Shown here: piece after piece, positions 14,470 through 25,093 of the stretch | Layout: every line of letters begins with the position of its first letter | How positions within the stretch are numbered: position 1 is the stretch's first letter | NCBI RefSeq assembly: GCF_000372725.1 | Contig: NW_005201191.1 | Coordinates: 330,520 to 366,459, forward strand | DNA from: Emiliania huxleyi CCMP1516 | Taxonomy: Eukaryota | Direction: 5' to 3' | Length of the DNA: 35,940 nt | Position numbers and translations under genes: made by a program | The notes under the pieces: generated by a model | The model's input: only the letters and a program-made list of their open reading frames with translations | Told to the model about the DNA's origin: nothing | Database searches by the model: none

Positions 14470-15070
14470 AATACGTCAGACAGTACAGTGTGTCAGACAG
14501 TACTACGGGGTGTGGACCCTGAGTTGACCAGGGGTTGTGCGCTGGGCCCTCCTGCTCGGCTCCAGCCAGTAGACAAGTCTTGTCATCAACAGAGTAGATG
14601 AATCTGACCTCGGGGCCGATGTGACCAAGCGCTGGTAGCGTGGTTTTACCTCACACCCACGGTCTCACAGTGTGCCGGCAGTCGCCGAGCAGTGTCGCTC
14701 ACACAAGCCGCAGCACAAGTGACTGAGGGCCAGTGAGGGCGAGCCCATCGCTGTCACAGCTGTGGCAGCCGCACAGTAGGCTGTGTCAACTGTGCAGAGT
14801 GTGTGAGCAGCAGAGGAGCTGCTCTCCAGGCTTCAGGCGCAAAGAGCTGCATGCCACCGAAAGCGCTGTCGAGGTTCGCCGAGCGCGGCGAAATCCGGGG
14901 ACGCCGTCACCGACGGGGCGTTGGACTTTTCACTCCGGACAAAGACGGGTACACGCACACGAGCCGCGGTCGTATACCCGTCTTAGCGGCGAGGCACGGG
15001 ACCGTCTGTGGCGAGGTGGGTCGCGTCCCCGGATTTCCTCAACTCACGGTCCTTCCCGATCCCGTCCCCC

Positions 15071-16701
15071 CGTTGGAGAGTGTGAACTCAAACCTACTTC
15101 CTGACCGTAGCCTGACCGTCCTTGTGTAACCGTCTCATGTTTGGTTTGTCCTGCCGCGCACATTGTCATCGACTTGTATCCGACTTGGTGGCTGTGGTGA
15201 TGTAGCTAGCGATGGTGTGGGTCTCTAGTGACCTATACAGCTCCTCCGTGTTCCGTCTCCTGACATGGTACCGACCGGTGAGTGCACGGAGTGAGCAGTG
15301 CGGCACTGAGGCCGACATGAGAGCTGGTGCGGCACACAAGCGAGATGTGTTGCCGCACAGCATTTCCGGCTTACGCTCGATACGTTGGCTGGCACCATGG
15401 GCACCTGCGCGAGTCGTGGTGATTGGCTGGGCACAGAGGCTCGGCGCACGGTGGCACAGCGGCCGCCAACTGCTCGGCACGGAGGCTGAGCAGAATGAGT
15501 ACAACCGCAACATCAACTTGGGTGCTTGCGGATCTTCTGCGACAGAGCGCATCTCCGCCAGCACTGCGGCTGTGTGGACACGAGTATCCCCTCTTGCTTC
15601 TCCTTACCGGTCCGTTCTCCTCGCCTACGGACCACCATCGCAGCTGCTGCCTCCGCTACCAGCTCTCGGGCTGCTGCAACGGCAGTTACCGCAAAGATCT
15701 CGCACCGAATGTGGACCCTGCCTTTCGCCGCCGCTACTTCCGATGTCGCCGCTCGACACGACCGGAGCTGTACGCGATGAACACGCGACGATCGACTCGC
15801 CCTCTCTGCCTTGTGTGGCGATTACCACGTCGTGGGGGAGTGTTGGGCATCTGTTCGACGTGGCAATGCCACTCTACCTCATTGCTGTCTCTTCCTCGTC
15901 TCGCCTCCTCGCGCTAGCCCGTCCTGCTATCCAACGCCTCTGGCAAGAAGTCCAATGCGCCTCTACGAGCGCCTCTGCCGTCTGGACGTCTGAGACTGAG
16001 CCTGCCATCTCCGACGTCGGCGGCCCGTGGCGCAACATCAACGTTCGGGGCATTGAAGATCGTCCTCACGTTCCTGATGCGCTCATCCGCGTCAACGCGG
16101 CGAGGCCTCCCAACGGCCCAATCGCCGCGCCGCAAGGGGGCGCCCCCGCTGCCGCTCCCGCGCCCGCCGCGCCTGCCGCGCCCGCTCAAGCCGCCGCCCC
16201 GCGACGCTCAGCCCGGATTGCAGCTCGCGGCGCGCCATGACCGAGCTCCACAACGAGCTCCTGTTCATTATCTCCCCTTTCTCTCTCTCCGCCCACTCGG
16301 CCGCGCTTTGACCCCTTCACTGGATCATCTTAGCGCGCAAGTCTTGCCAACAAGCAAGACCATCCTTCGCGAAGACGCAAGGTTGGACGCTTAGCCAGCC
16401 CCGCGAGACGCCGGCGGGTAACCGGCATACCTAGACACATTCACACTCTGCTGTTGTTGTCTGCCGCATCCTCATTCATGAAGACTGCGGAGACAATGGG
16501 GGAGTGTTGGAGAGTGTGAACTCAAACCTACTTCCTGACCGTAGCCTGACCGTCCTTGTGTAACCGTCTCATGTTTGGTTTGTCCTGCCGCGCACATTGT
16601 CATCGACTTGTATCCGACTTGGTGGCTGTGGTGATGTAGCTAGCGATGGTGTGGGTCTCTAGTGACCTATATACAGCTCCTCCGTGTTCCGTCTCCTGAC
16701 A
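15071..16701 (+). mobile_element. Small non-autonomous LTR retroelement (TRIM-like), 1.63 kb
   Basis: LTRs at 15071-15265 and 16505-16701 (TG...CA; the 5' copy starts CG) differ only by that base and a TA indel. PBS-like TGGTACCGACCGGTGAG at 15266, purine-rich tract ending GGGGGAG before 16505, CCCCC TSD at 15066-15070 and 16702-16706. Confidence 0.93.
15743..16240 (+). CDS. Internal ORF of the LTR element, unknown function (start uncertain; frame open from 15212)
   Basis: Open frame ending in an Ala/Pro linker and PRRSARIAAR. No RT, protease or integrase motifs seen. Confidence 0.35.
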   Translation: MSPLDTTGAVRDEHATIDSPSLPCVAITTSWGSVGHLFDVAMPLYLIAVSSSSRLLALARPAIQRLWQEVQCASTSASAVWTSETEPAISDVGGPWRNINVRGIEDRPHVPDALIRVNAARPPNGPIAAPQGGAPAAAPAPAAPAAPAQAAAPRRSARIAARGAP

Positions 16702-16984
16702 CCCCCGTAAGCACATTATGGCGAATTTGGCCACTCGTTCCCGCGTAGCACCCTAGCAGCTAGTGCGCTCATGCCCGCGGCGCGGTGATTGTCTCAAATC
16801 ATTTTCTCTTGCTACCCCAAGTTTCATTTGTCCTTGCTCCCCGCCACGGCCGCGGCGGCGCTGCCAGGCTGGTGCGTGGCAGCGAGGTAGGCAAAAGTGA
16901 GGCCGACCGAAATAAAAGAATCAACATTGAAGCTCCCTCGCACGACACTGGGCGGGAGTCGGGACTGGCGCGCACTGGCACTAA

Positions 16985-17702
16985 GGCTAGTGCCATTTCA
17001 CTCTGACACGCTAATCTTGAAAACGTCTCCATGTCCAACGGACGGAGCTCCGTGTTGCTTCCAGCGCCCTCCCCCGCGCTCCCTGCGGCCATGGCCGATG
17101 GTCCTAGCATGGGAGGTCATCTGGCTACCGCGAGAGCGACCCAACTCGTCGACATCGTCCGATGATGGTGCCTCAAAGTCAGCCTTCGGAGGCTATCGTG
17201 GGGTCGAGCAGGCAGTAGCCGTGACATGTGGTTCCACCACCCCTCGTAGGCTTTGCCTCTGACCGCCACCATTCCCAGGCTGCCTAATGGGATGGAAAGG
17301 AAGGCTCGGCGAGCGTATAGAAGCGTGCTCGACCTCGTCGTGGCAACCTGCACGGCAGCGCTGGCGGGCGCGATGAGCGTCGTGCCACTTGACCGGAGAC
17401 GGGTCGCAGGCGTCGTACCGAGCGCGTCGAGACCGTGTCCTGAGGTGATCTGCACGGGTGAGTCACGTCGGCGTCAAAGGAGCGACGTGCGACCTGTCAG
17501 AGCTTGATCTCCGATCTCAGCGGCGTCGAGTCGTCTCCGGCGGCGACAATTTGGTACATCTCCAGGACGCGCAGAGGCAGCTGCGATCCCGTCGAGTGGA
17601 CGGCAGCACACCGCGCCACACCGCAAATGGTCAATCAAGGTTTATAAAATACCAATCAAGGTTTTGTAACGCGATCTGTGCCACTGTGAAATGGCACTAG
17701 CC
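16985..17702. mobile_element. PIF/Harbinger (Tourist-like) MITE, 718 bp
   Basis: Perfect 17-bp TIR GGCTAGTGCCATTTCAC (16985-17001/17686-17702, extending to 22/25), with TAA on both sides (16982-16984, 17703-17705). Confidence 0.88.
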
Positions 17703-17766
17703 TAATACGATACACAGGTACACCACGGGAGCCGCCTAAGCGACTCCTGCGAGGGCGGCGAGGCAC

Positions 17767-18165
17767 TTAGCTCCGTCCGTGCACCCGCCCACCCCCGCCA
17801 CAGGCAAGCTCATTCACAATCTGCTCTGCGATGGCCGTGTGAAGAACGACTGAGATGCGCTGCTTCTGCAGCCCCAGCCAATTCTTAGTGGTCCAAGTCA
17901 CCTGTGGGTTGTGTTGTCTACCTGTGCAAGCATTGCAACGTTGCAGGACGCGACGTGGTGCACGGCACCGTCAACAACAACATGGGTCGAATCTATGGGG
18001 GCGGGCAGTATCCCTGTGTGCAAGTGCTCAATCCCCCAAGCGAGAGACCCCCTCGCCACGGCGGTGTGGAGGACGACAGACAAGCGCTGCATCTGCAGCC
18101 CGTGCCAGTTCTTGGTGGTCCATGTGACCTCGTCCAGGTGCTGAGCGTGCGAAAGTTTGTAATAA
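17767..18165 (-). pseudogene. Two diverged tandem remnants of a probable RLE-type (CRE-like) non-LTR retrotransposon C-terminus
   Basis: The minus strand gives KLSHAQHLDEVTWTTKNWHGLQMQRLSVVLHTAVA and VTWTTKNWLGLQKQRISVVLHTAIAEQIVNEL...stop. QRLSV-LH-A recalls the terminal QRLSxALQRxNA motif of RLE elements (inference). Confidence 0.45.
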
Positions 18166-18236
18166 GAGGGCTCCCGCGGCGATCAACACCGCAACTCCTT
18201 TTCTAAATTTCACCACTCTTCTTACGCGCGACGACG

Positions 18237-18950
18237 CTACAGCCTACCAAACCTCCACACACTTCTACTCACCCTCGGACATGCTTGCACCGTCGTCCTA
18301 GACACAGTACGCGGCAGCGCCGACACGTCAACCCGCGTGTACGTCAGCGACGGGTCGCGCACGCCGCACGAGGCGCATGCGTGCAGCGGCAGCGCGTGCG
18401 CCATGCGCTCGTCGCTCCACTCGCCCAGCAGCCGCCGCTTCGTCTCGTCGGAGACGTGCACGCAGCGCTGCAGCAGCGCCGCCGTCTCGTCCTCGGGCCG
18501 CTCCAGGTCCATGACGACGTTCGTCGAGGCGTGGAAGCGCGTCTCCAGGTCGATGGCCGCCTGCTCGGCCGCGGCGAGCTTGCCCTGGTCGACGCACATG
18601 CCGCACACCGCGTGCGCCGGGCAGCCGCACTGGCCGCGTTGTGGGCGCACGGTCTTGGCGACCGCCGGCGCTGCGCGCCGGTCGTGCTGCTCACGCTGCC
18701 GGCGGCGCTGGTCGCGCGCCTGCCGATCGCGCGTGTTCGCGGCGGCTGCATCTCCTGCTCGTTTCGCTCGCACCCGAGCGGCGGTCGCCAGGCGCTTCAG
18801 GTCGGCGGTGCTGCGCGCGCGGCCGTCGGCTCTGCACAGCCACATGTCCTCCTCCTCGGCAGGCTCGCACGGCTTGCCGTCGAACTGCGGCGGGAACCCG
18901 CGACGACGCTTCGCCCAGGCCGGGCACGATGGTGCCGCGACGAGCGGCGT
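18237..18950 (-). pseudogene. Truncated ORF with Cys clusters, possibly the N-terminal part of a Helitron-type Rep/helicase
   Basis: CGCPAHAVCGMC and LHACASCGVRD motifs with GC3-rich codons that end abruptly near 18310. The family assignment is tentative. Confidence 0.35.
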
Positions 18951-18972
18951 CGAGGCGACCGGTTACTCGATC

Positions 18973-19013
18973 GTGTTCGACGATGTCGAACATTGTTCGA
19001 CATCGTCGAACAC
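18973..19013. repeat. Perfect 41-bp palindrome
   Basis: GTGTTCGACGATGTCGAACA-T-TGTTCGACATCGTCGAACAC. Confidence 0.95.
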
Positions 19014-20629
19014 AAGTGGAGAATGGCCGTAGATCCTCTCCACGAGCGATTGAGAAGACGTACCAAGTATCGATTCTGTATAGAATTGCAAGGCGCACAC
19101 GCTGGTGCAGGCGGCGAGTCGTCGATCCGACTCGTTCCGACGTGAAGTCGCCGTGAAGGTTTGCAAACAGGGCCATTTTTGCCACATTTTGCCCTCTCGC
19201 GCGATCTTCTCGCGTCGGCAAGCGCGCGGGCCAGGATGGGCGAGCCGGTCCCGCCACGCTGGACGGGCCAGCGGCTGGCACGCGCCGGCCACCCCGGCGG
19301 CGCGGCGGCCTCATCGCGCTCGTCGTCTGCGAGGCCACCGCTCGGCGTCGCCGCGTCCGACGGCGATGGCGCTTGGCTGTGAGGTGGGATGGCGGCATGG
19401 TGCGCGCGGACGTGGGGGTGGTGCGGGATGCGCGTGTCAGCAAGCATAGTTTCACCTCTACCCACCCCGCAGGCGCGCCGACGTGCTGCCCGAGCGCGTT
19501 TGGAGGCAGCAGCTGCTCCTCGCGAGGCGCCTTCGGAGGGGTGCCACACCCCTTTCCCAGCCGCGCGCGAGTTGAGCTCCGATTTGCGCTCTTTTTCGCA
19601 CACGCCCGACGCTAGTAGGTGAGGACCGACCATCCTCCGCTAGCAGGGCTTCGTCGGGCGCGTCTTCGTCGAGCGGTGGTGCATCTCCCATGCTCCCACC
19701 CGCGCCCTCCTGGCAGCCCGCCCGCGGCCCACACCGACGCCCTCACGTGCTCACCCTAGTCGTAGGTGCGGTCTTTTTGCGTGCCCCCCGTCGATACGGG
19801 GCGCTGGGCGATGGCTGGGCTTGTCGCCGGGCGAGCTAGCCCCTCAGCCGGCCGCGGAGCGGAGGTGCGAAATCGAGGCGGCGCGGCCCCTGCGCGCAGC
19901 CTGTCCGGCCGGCGCGCGCATGGTTCCGTAGCCCGTCTAGTGCCTCACTGACCGACTCCAGCGCCACGGTGTACGTGGCCGGTGTGGTACTGGGGCTGGG
20001 CAGCCTTGGGGCCGGCGGAGACCGCCGTCTAGCGGTCGCACTAGTCTCTTTTCGTTGTTCGACCTGTTTGTTCGACGGTTGTTCGACCATACTTTGAGCC
20101 TTAATTATTAATTCATGTTTGGGTCCCTGAGGTCGATACTAGCGTCTGTAACTTGCCACAAGCGTGCTTTACAAAAGTCCAGCGGAGCGGGACTCGCAGA
20201 ACGGCCGTCCGCGCGCGCTGTGAACAGTGCCATGGTCGAACGTTGTTCGACGACGTCGAACACGTAGCGAAAGAGAGACCGCGACGGCCATCGATGGGTC
20301 CAGAAGACTTGGAGACACTTCTAAACCAAAAGCGAGCACAAGTGCGTTACATGGGCATGGCCGGCGTTTCTGCACCGAACGATCTTACTTTCGGTCTATC
20401 GAAAGTGTTGATCGATAAAAAAGGCGACGACGCTTTCGACGCGCTCTTCGACGGGGGCTCGGGGTACGGGTGGGATTCCCCCTCGGGGGGCGGCGCTTTC
20501 TTCTAGGCGCCCGCCTTGACCCAACATAGAGGGCGTTGTGTAGCCTAGCTTTTGGGTAATATAAAAAAAAAAGAAGAATGTGGGCCGACCGACTGCGACA
20601 GGCTACACCGACGCCCGACAACGCAGACG

Positions 20630-21325
20630 ATGGCACTGAGCGTCTACTGCATCGCCGCGCTGAGCCTCACGACGCCACGGCCGCTCGAGCACCTCATCTC
20701 GCGTCGCGGCCTCCTCGGCGCAGCCGCCGCTACCGCTGCTCTCGGAGTGCCGCCGTCCATCGCGGCTCGGGCAGCCGCGGCACGCGTGGCCTCGTGGCCT
20801 GGCATCGAGTATCTGGAGCCGATTTTCGAGCTCAAGCTCTCGCTGGACGCGCTGGCCGCCATCGCGCCGGAGCCCTCGCGGTGGCCCGCACTCAAGAAGC
20901 GGCTCGACGCCTTCTTCGGCGGAGGCCCGCTGTCAGAGCGCAACTACTTCGCTGGGCTGAGCGTGCAGTACACGAACGCGATCAAGTACGACGATCTGGA
21001 CTTTGCTGTGAAGGTCGACAAGCAGGAGCGGCAGGCCGCCATCGAGAACACGCTCAACGGCATGGACGCGCTGAAGCAGGCGCTCGCGGAGAGCGCGCCG
21101 GATGCGGAGCGCGTGGTTGCGTCGGCCAAGGTCGCCAAGGAGAGCATGCAGTGCTGGCTCTCACTGGTGCCCGCCAGCGACGTTCGAGAGGCCGAGCGCC
21201 TCTTCGTCGCCACGCGGATGGCCGACGCCGATCGCAACGGCAAGCTCTCCACGAGCGAGCTCGCGACGCTCGAGCCGGCCGACGCGGCGAGGTGGCGCGC
21301 GCGGGTCGCGTTGGTGGGCGACTAG
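20630..21325 (+). CDS. Probable plastid thylakoid-lumen protein with a C-terminal EF-hand motif (231 aa, single exon)
   Basis: Hydrophobic N-terminus, twin-arginine SRRGLL plus an Ala-rich stretch and A-x-A, a helical body, and the EF-hand loop DADRNGKLSTSE. Strong GC3 bias. Confidence 0.8.
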   Translation: MALSVYCIAALSLTTPRPLEHLISRRGLLGAAAATAALGVPPSIAARAAAARVASWPGIEYLEPIFELKLSLDALAAIAPEPSRWPALKKRLDAFFGGGPLSERNYFAGLSVQYTNAIKYDDLDFAVKVDKQERQAAIENTLNGMDALKQALAESAPDAERVVASAKVAKESMQCWLSLVPASDVREAERLFVATRMADADRNGKLSTSELATLEPADAARWRARVALVGD

Positions 21326-21840
21326 AGACGACTCGCTACATACACGGTGTAGAGAGAGCGGGGCATGTGTGAAAGAGCTGAGATCCATGATGTACATGAC
21401 AAGACAAGTGTTCCACGCGCTCGCTCTCGTCTCGCGCGGCGCCCCACCAGCCAGCTATACATACGCGCCCTCGCGCCCGGCCCTCTCCCACTGAGCACTG
21501 GGGTTGGCCGCGTTCGGTCCTCCTCTCACTGCATCTCGCTGCTAAGGCTGAGCATCGGCGCCGACCGATCTGGCCGCGCCGCGCCGCTCGCCTTTCGTCC
21601 GCGCGTCTCTCCGAGGTGCGCATGCGCCGCTCCGCTCGCAGCGCGGCGTCCGCCTTCCGCGCATTTTTACGGGACTGGCGCGCACTGCCAATCCTGCTCG
21701 TGCAGGTGGGGACCTTGTCCTCGTCCCATCCCTCGTTTGGGCTGTCTGTTTTCTTTCTTTCTTTCTGGCGCGCACTGCCAAAAGACAAACAAAAAGAAGC
21801 ACCTTAGAAGCACTTTGGCCCTCTCTGTCGGTCGGGGCGC

Positions 21841-23181
21841 GTGAGCCGGGAGTCGGAATTGAACGAAGGGGGGTGCGTAGATGTTCAAACCGTGGTTGGG
21901 TATGGAGGTTTCTATACCGACTGCTCAATTCGCTACGAGTTGACAGGATGCGTGGACGAACATTTAAACACGTGGGGTTACGAAGCGCCTCAGTTCTATG
22001 AACAACCTCCGGACTGCGGCGCCCCCAACCCCACGCCGACGCCCGCCCCTGCTCCGACGCCCGCTCCACTCGATCCCATAGCGGCGTCAGGGCCATACGC
22101 GTGGTTCAAGGAGGGCGGCTTCGATCTTACCGGATTGAGGTGGCCAGACGAGGCGAACCACCACAGCGGACCGCACGACGCGACGCTCACTTCACGAAGC
22201 CACATGTGCGCGGGCCCCAATTGTGCCCCCAACACCAACGGCCTGCAGAGCGTCGTCCCAACGAACGTGATCAATCAAGGAAAGGCGGGCGTGGTCGCTC
22301 TGCGGGGCGAGATCGGTCTCGCCACATGTGGGTTACCAGACCAAGGCCAGTTCGATGACACTTACACGGACGGCGTGGACTTTGGCAACGTGCTGCAGCC
22401 AGAGTACACCATGTGCTCCATCACCCGCTACTGGAAAAAGGACGACTACCCGGGGAGCGTAGGGCCGGGGTGCAGGGCCGATATTCTGAACGGCCAAACA
22501 GATATGTGCACCAACTCCCAAATCGGGTTTCCTGTTAACGGTTGGAATCAAGGTTGCATCCGATTTTCATACGGCCATTTTGCCGCCGTCATTGGCATCA
22601 ACCGGGCGGGTTACGCGATCGAGAAACCGAATGGCTGCACTTGGGGATCCACCTGCAATGATTACGGGTCCTACTCTGACAGATGCTGGTGCGTCGGACA
22701 GAACGGCGGATGTGTCTACAACCATCCACGGGCGGCATACAATCAAGTCGACGACAAAACCTTCCAGTGGCTGGTGACATGCGATCAGAACGGCGCCCCG
22801 CCTGGCGAGGACTCCCAAATCAAGATCGTCAACAACGTCCAGTTTGCCAGCAACACCGCTCAAGACTTCGAAAACAAGATCAACGAACCCATTCATCTCT
22901 ACATCAATCCGGACTACAAGCAAAACCCTAACAAGGGAGACCCATCCCACTTTGAGGTCGTGGAGGTCATCACGTGGAACAAACGGCTCTCAAATGACGA
23001 GATGAGGGCAGTCTTCAAAGAGCTGTGGGTGACCAGGATGGGCAATGAAAACAACTGCGATTGGTTCGACCCTTCCAAGAACAGGAATCAACAACAGTGC
23101 CCGGGTTGGGGGGTCGGGGAGCACTGCGCTACGTGTAATGACTTCCCGGAAGAAGGACAATGCATCAACAATTTTCCGTAA
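21841..23181 (+). CDS. Cys/Asn-rich extracellular-type protein with a concanavalin A/LamG-like domain (5' end uncertain)
   Basis: Long intronless frame (446 codons) with a PTPTPAPAP linker, then GPYAWF...WPD, YTMCSITRY and FEVVEVITWNKRLSNDE, which resemble LamG-like beta-sandwich ends. No ATG at the frame start. Confidence 0.7.
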   Translation: MSRESELNEGGCVDVQTVVGYGGFYTDCSIRYELTGCVDEHLNTWGYEAPQFYEQPPDCGAPNPTPTPAPAPTPAPLDPIAASGPYAWFKEGGFDLTGLRWPDEANHHSGPHDATLTSRSHMCAGPNCAPNTNGLQSVVPTNVINQGKAGVVALRGEIGLATCGLPDQGQFDDTYTDGVDFGNVLQPEYTMCSITRYWKKDDYPGSVGPGCRADILNGQTDMCTNSQIGFPVNGWNQGCIRFSYGHFAAVIGINRAGYAIEKPNGCTWGSTCNDYGSYSDRCWCVGQNGGCVYNHPRAAYNQVDDKTFQWLVTCDQNGAPPGEDSQIKIVNNVQFASNTAQDFENKINEPIHLYINPDYKQNPNKGDPSHFEVVEVITWNKRLSNDEMRAVFKELWVTRMGNENNCDWFDPSKNRNQQQCPGWGVGEHCATCNDFPEEGQCINNFP

Positions 23182-24331
23182 CGTGGCTCCTTAGCGTCAA
23201 GGCCCGCCTCTTCGCACACATCTTAGCCGAGGTAGCGACCTATGGCTTCCGACTAATTTGATCGTTCACTAAGTATCCGCGGCACGACTGAGGCCTCGAG
23301 GCGGCGAGGCGGCGAGGCGGCGGCGCCGTAGCTGGTGCGCCGCCGCCGCCGCCGCCGGGAATCGGGGGGGTGCTGCCTCGGTGCATGAGGGATGGGGGGC
23401 TCCCTGGAGCGCGAGGGGTGGGAGGGGCTCGTGCCTCTCGCACACGGGGGCGCGCCGGGGTGCGGTGGGAGAGTGGCGGCACCCGATCGGCGGATCTAGA
23501 CGACCCGCATCCAACTGGGCCTGGCGAGGGGCGCGGTGCTGGGTGCGGCGACGGGAGAGGGCCTCGAGCGCCGCGTGTGCGCGGCGGAGTCGGCATAGTA
23601 CAGACTGACTGAGGCCGACCGACGGGGCCGTTGAAGGGGAGGGTAGGCATGTTGTGCTCGAGATCGTCCAGCCGCACTTGCGCTCTGTGTGGCCAATGGA
23701 GAGGCGTGAGAGACTAAAAATCTAAGGCTCTATGTACGTATGCATCCGAGTGAAGAACAGTCAGGCTCTAGCCTCTACCCCTCTTACCGTCCTTACCAAA
23801 GGAGAGCCATCTCGAGCAAAATTTTCTTGATACCCACGAGCGGATTCGCCACCTTGAGAGTTCAGTGTGTGGCCGAGCAAGCCTGCTCTAGCCTCACGCG
23901 TTCGCCCCTGTTGTCTGTTGTTTGTTGTGCCCTTGTTTGTTTCTCTTGGCACCTGGGAGTGCTGGGGGGGGCGATAGGGAGAATGTGGCCCTGAGTTATG
24001 TGTACGCCAACTCAGGGTGTGTGGCAGCCAGCTGGTTGTGTGTCTTGTGAGCCTGTTTGTGTCTTTGTGTCGCTCGTGCGTGTCGTCATCATCTGTCTCG
24101 CGTCCACCCATACCGCGTTGGTGTCCAGTCCGAGCCTGACTGTTGTTCATCTTTCTACATACATACATGTGTGTTGGAGAGAGATGCCTTAAAGGTAAGT
24201 GTTAAGGAAGGTAAACGTCTCCACACGCACACAAAAGCGGTGGGGCAAGGGGGGGCGACCCTCGCATCTCCACGCCCGGGACGGACACGGGCAGGGGAGC
24301 CCCACGGCATTCAAAGTGCAAGCACCGGGAC

Positions 24332-24563
24332 TAAACCTACACTCTGAAAGTATACTCTCTTAGAGCTAGCCACCCAGTCACTCCTCGTCTCGCCTGCTCA
24401 CGTAGTCTCCCCTCGTCGACCCCTGGTCAACTCACGGTCCACACCCCGTAGGATTGGCCCATTGACGCTTACGGCAGCACCACCACCTGAATCGCTCAGG
24501 GTCTCTCAGAATGTACGCTAGCTGGGGGGCCTCCCCGGGGTCCCGCGACCCGAGCCGGAGCCC
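24332..24563 (+). repeat. 232-bp direct repeat, copy 1
   Basis: Near-identical to 29521-29752; contains the ...GGTCCACACCCCGTA terminus. Confidence 0.92.
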
Positions 24564-24607
24564 GACAGTGCTGAGAGTCACACGCGGGAAGACTCAACGT
24601 CAACATG

Positions 24608-25061
24608 TCACCCCAACCCGCCCCCACCCCCGCACGGCGCGCAGACCGCCGCCTGCGCTTGCGGTGACGACGGGGCGAGGAGGCGGACTTGGCATCGGTG
24701 GCCGCACCCCGTCGGGCACTCCACCTCCGTCTCGAACCAGCTGCGCATGTGGGCCAAATGCCCTCCGTGGCCGCAGCCCTGGCACCAGACGTAGCTCCCC
24801 CGCACGGGCAGCTCGCACACGCCGCAGAGCGGCCTCCCCCGCTGCCGGCCGCCGAGCAGGACCGTGGTCGAACGGGCGGCCGCCTGCTGCAGCGACGTGT
24901 CGCCGCAATGCTTGACCACCTCGCATGCCGACGCGAAGTCTCCCTGCCGGCGCAGCTCCTCGAGGTAGCCCACCGTCCACCGCCGCCGCGAGGCGAGCGG
25001 CGCGAGCTTCTCGACGGCCGCGTCGGCCTGTCCACCACCCGCGACGCTCGGTGCGAGCCCG

Positions 25062-25093
<32 letters not shown>

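Larger units (their letters stand above)
14504..16709. mobile_element. Non-autonomous TIR element (TACGGGG...CCCCGTA) interrupted near its right end by the LTR element
   Basis: Left end TACGGGGTGTGGACCCTGAGTTG. After removing the LTR element, the right end reads CAACTCACGGTCC...CCCCCGTA. Flanks AGTAC/AGCAC match 4/5. The same terminus occurs inverted at 24420-24451 and ~29609-29640. Confidence 0.6.

Noticed and set aside
15071..15265. Retrozyme (hammerhead-containing LTR)
   Set aside because: No CTGANGA...GAAA core seen on either strand of the LTR.
20500..20555. Hairpin plus CTAG as a Helitron 3' end
   Set aside because: The stem is only ~5 bp, and the orientation is opposite to the putative Helitron-like ORF.
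23733..24167. Possible solo LTR (TGTACGTATG...CATACATACA)
   Set aside because: No TSD, PBS or second copy.
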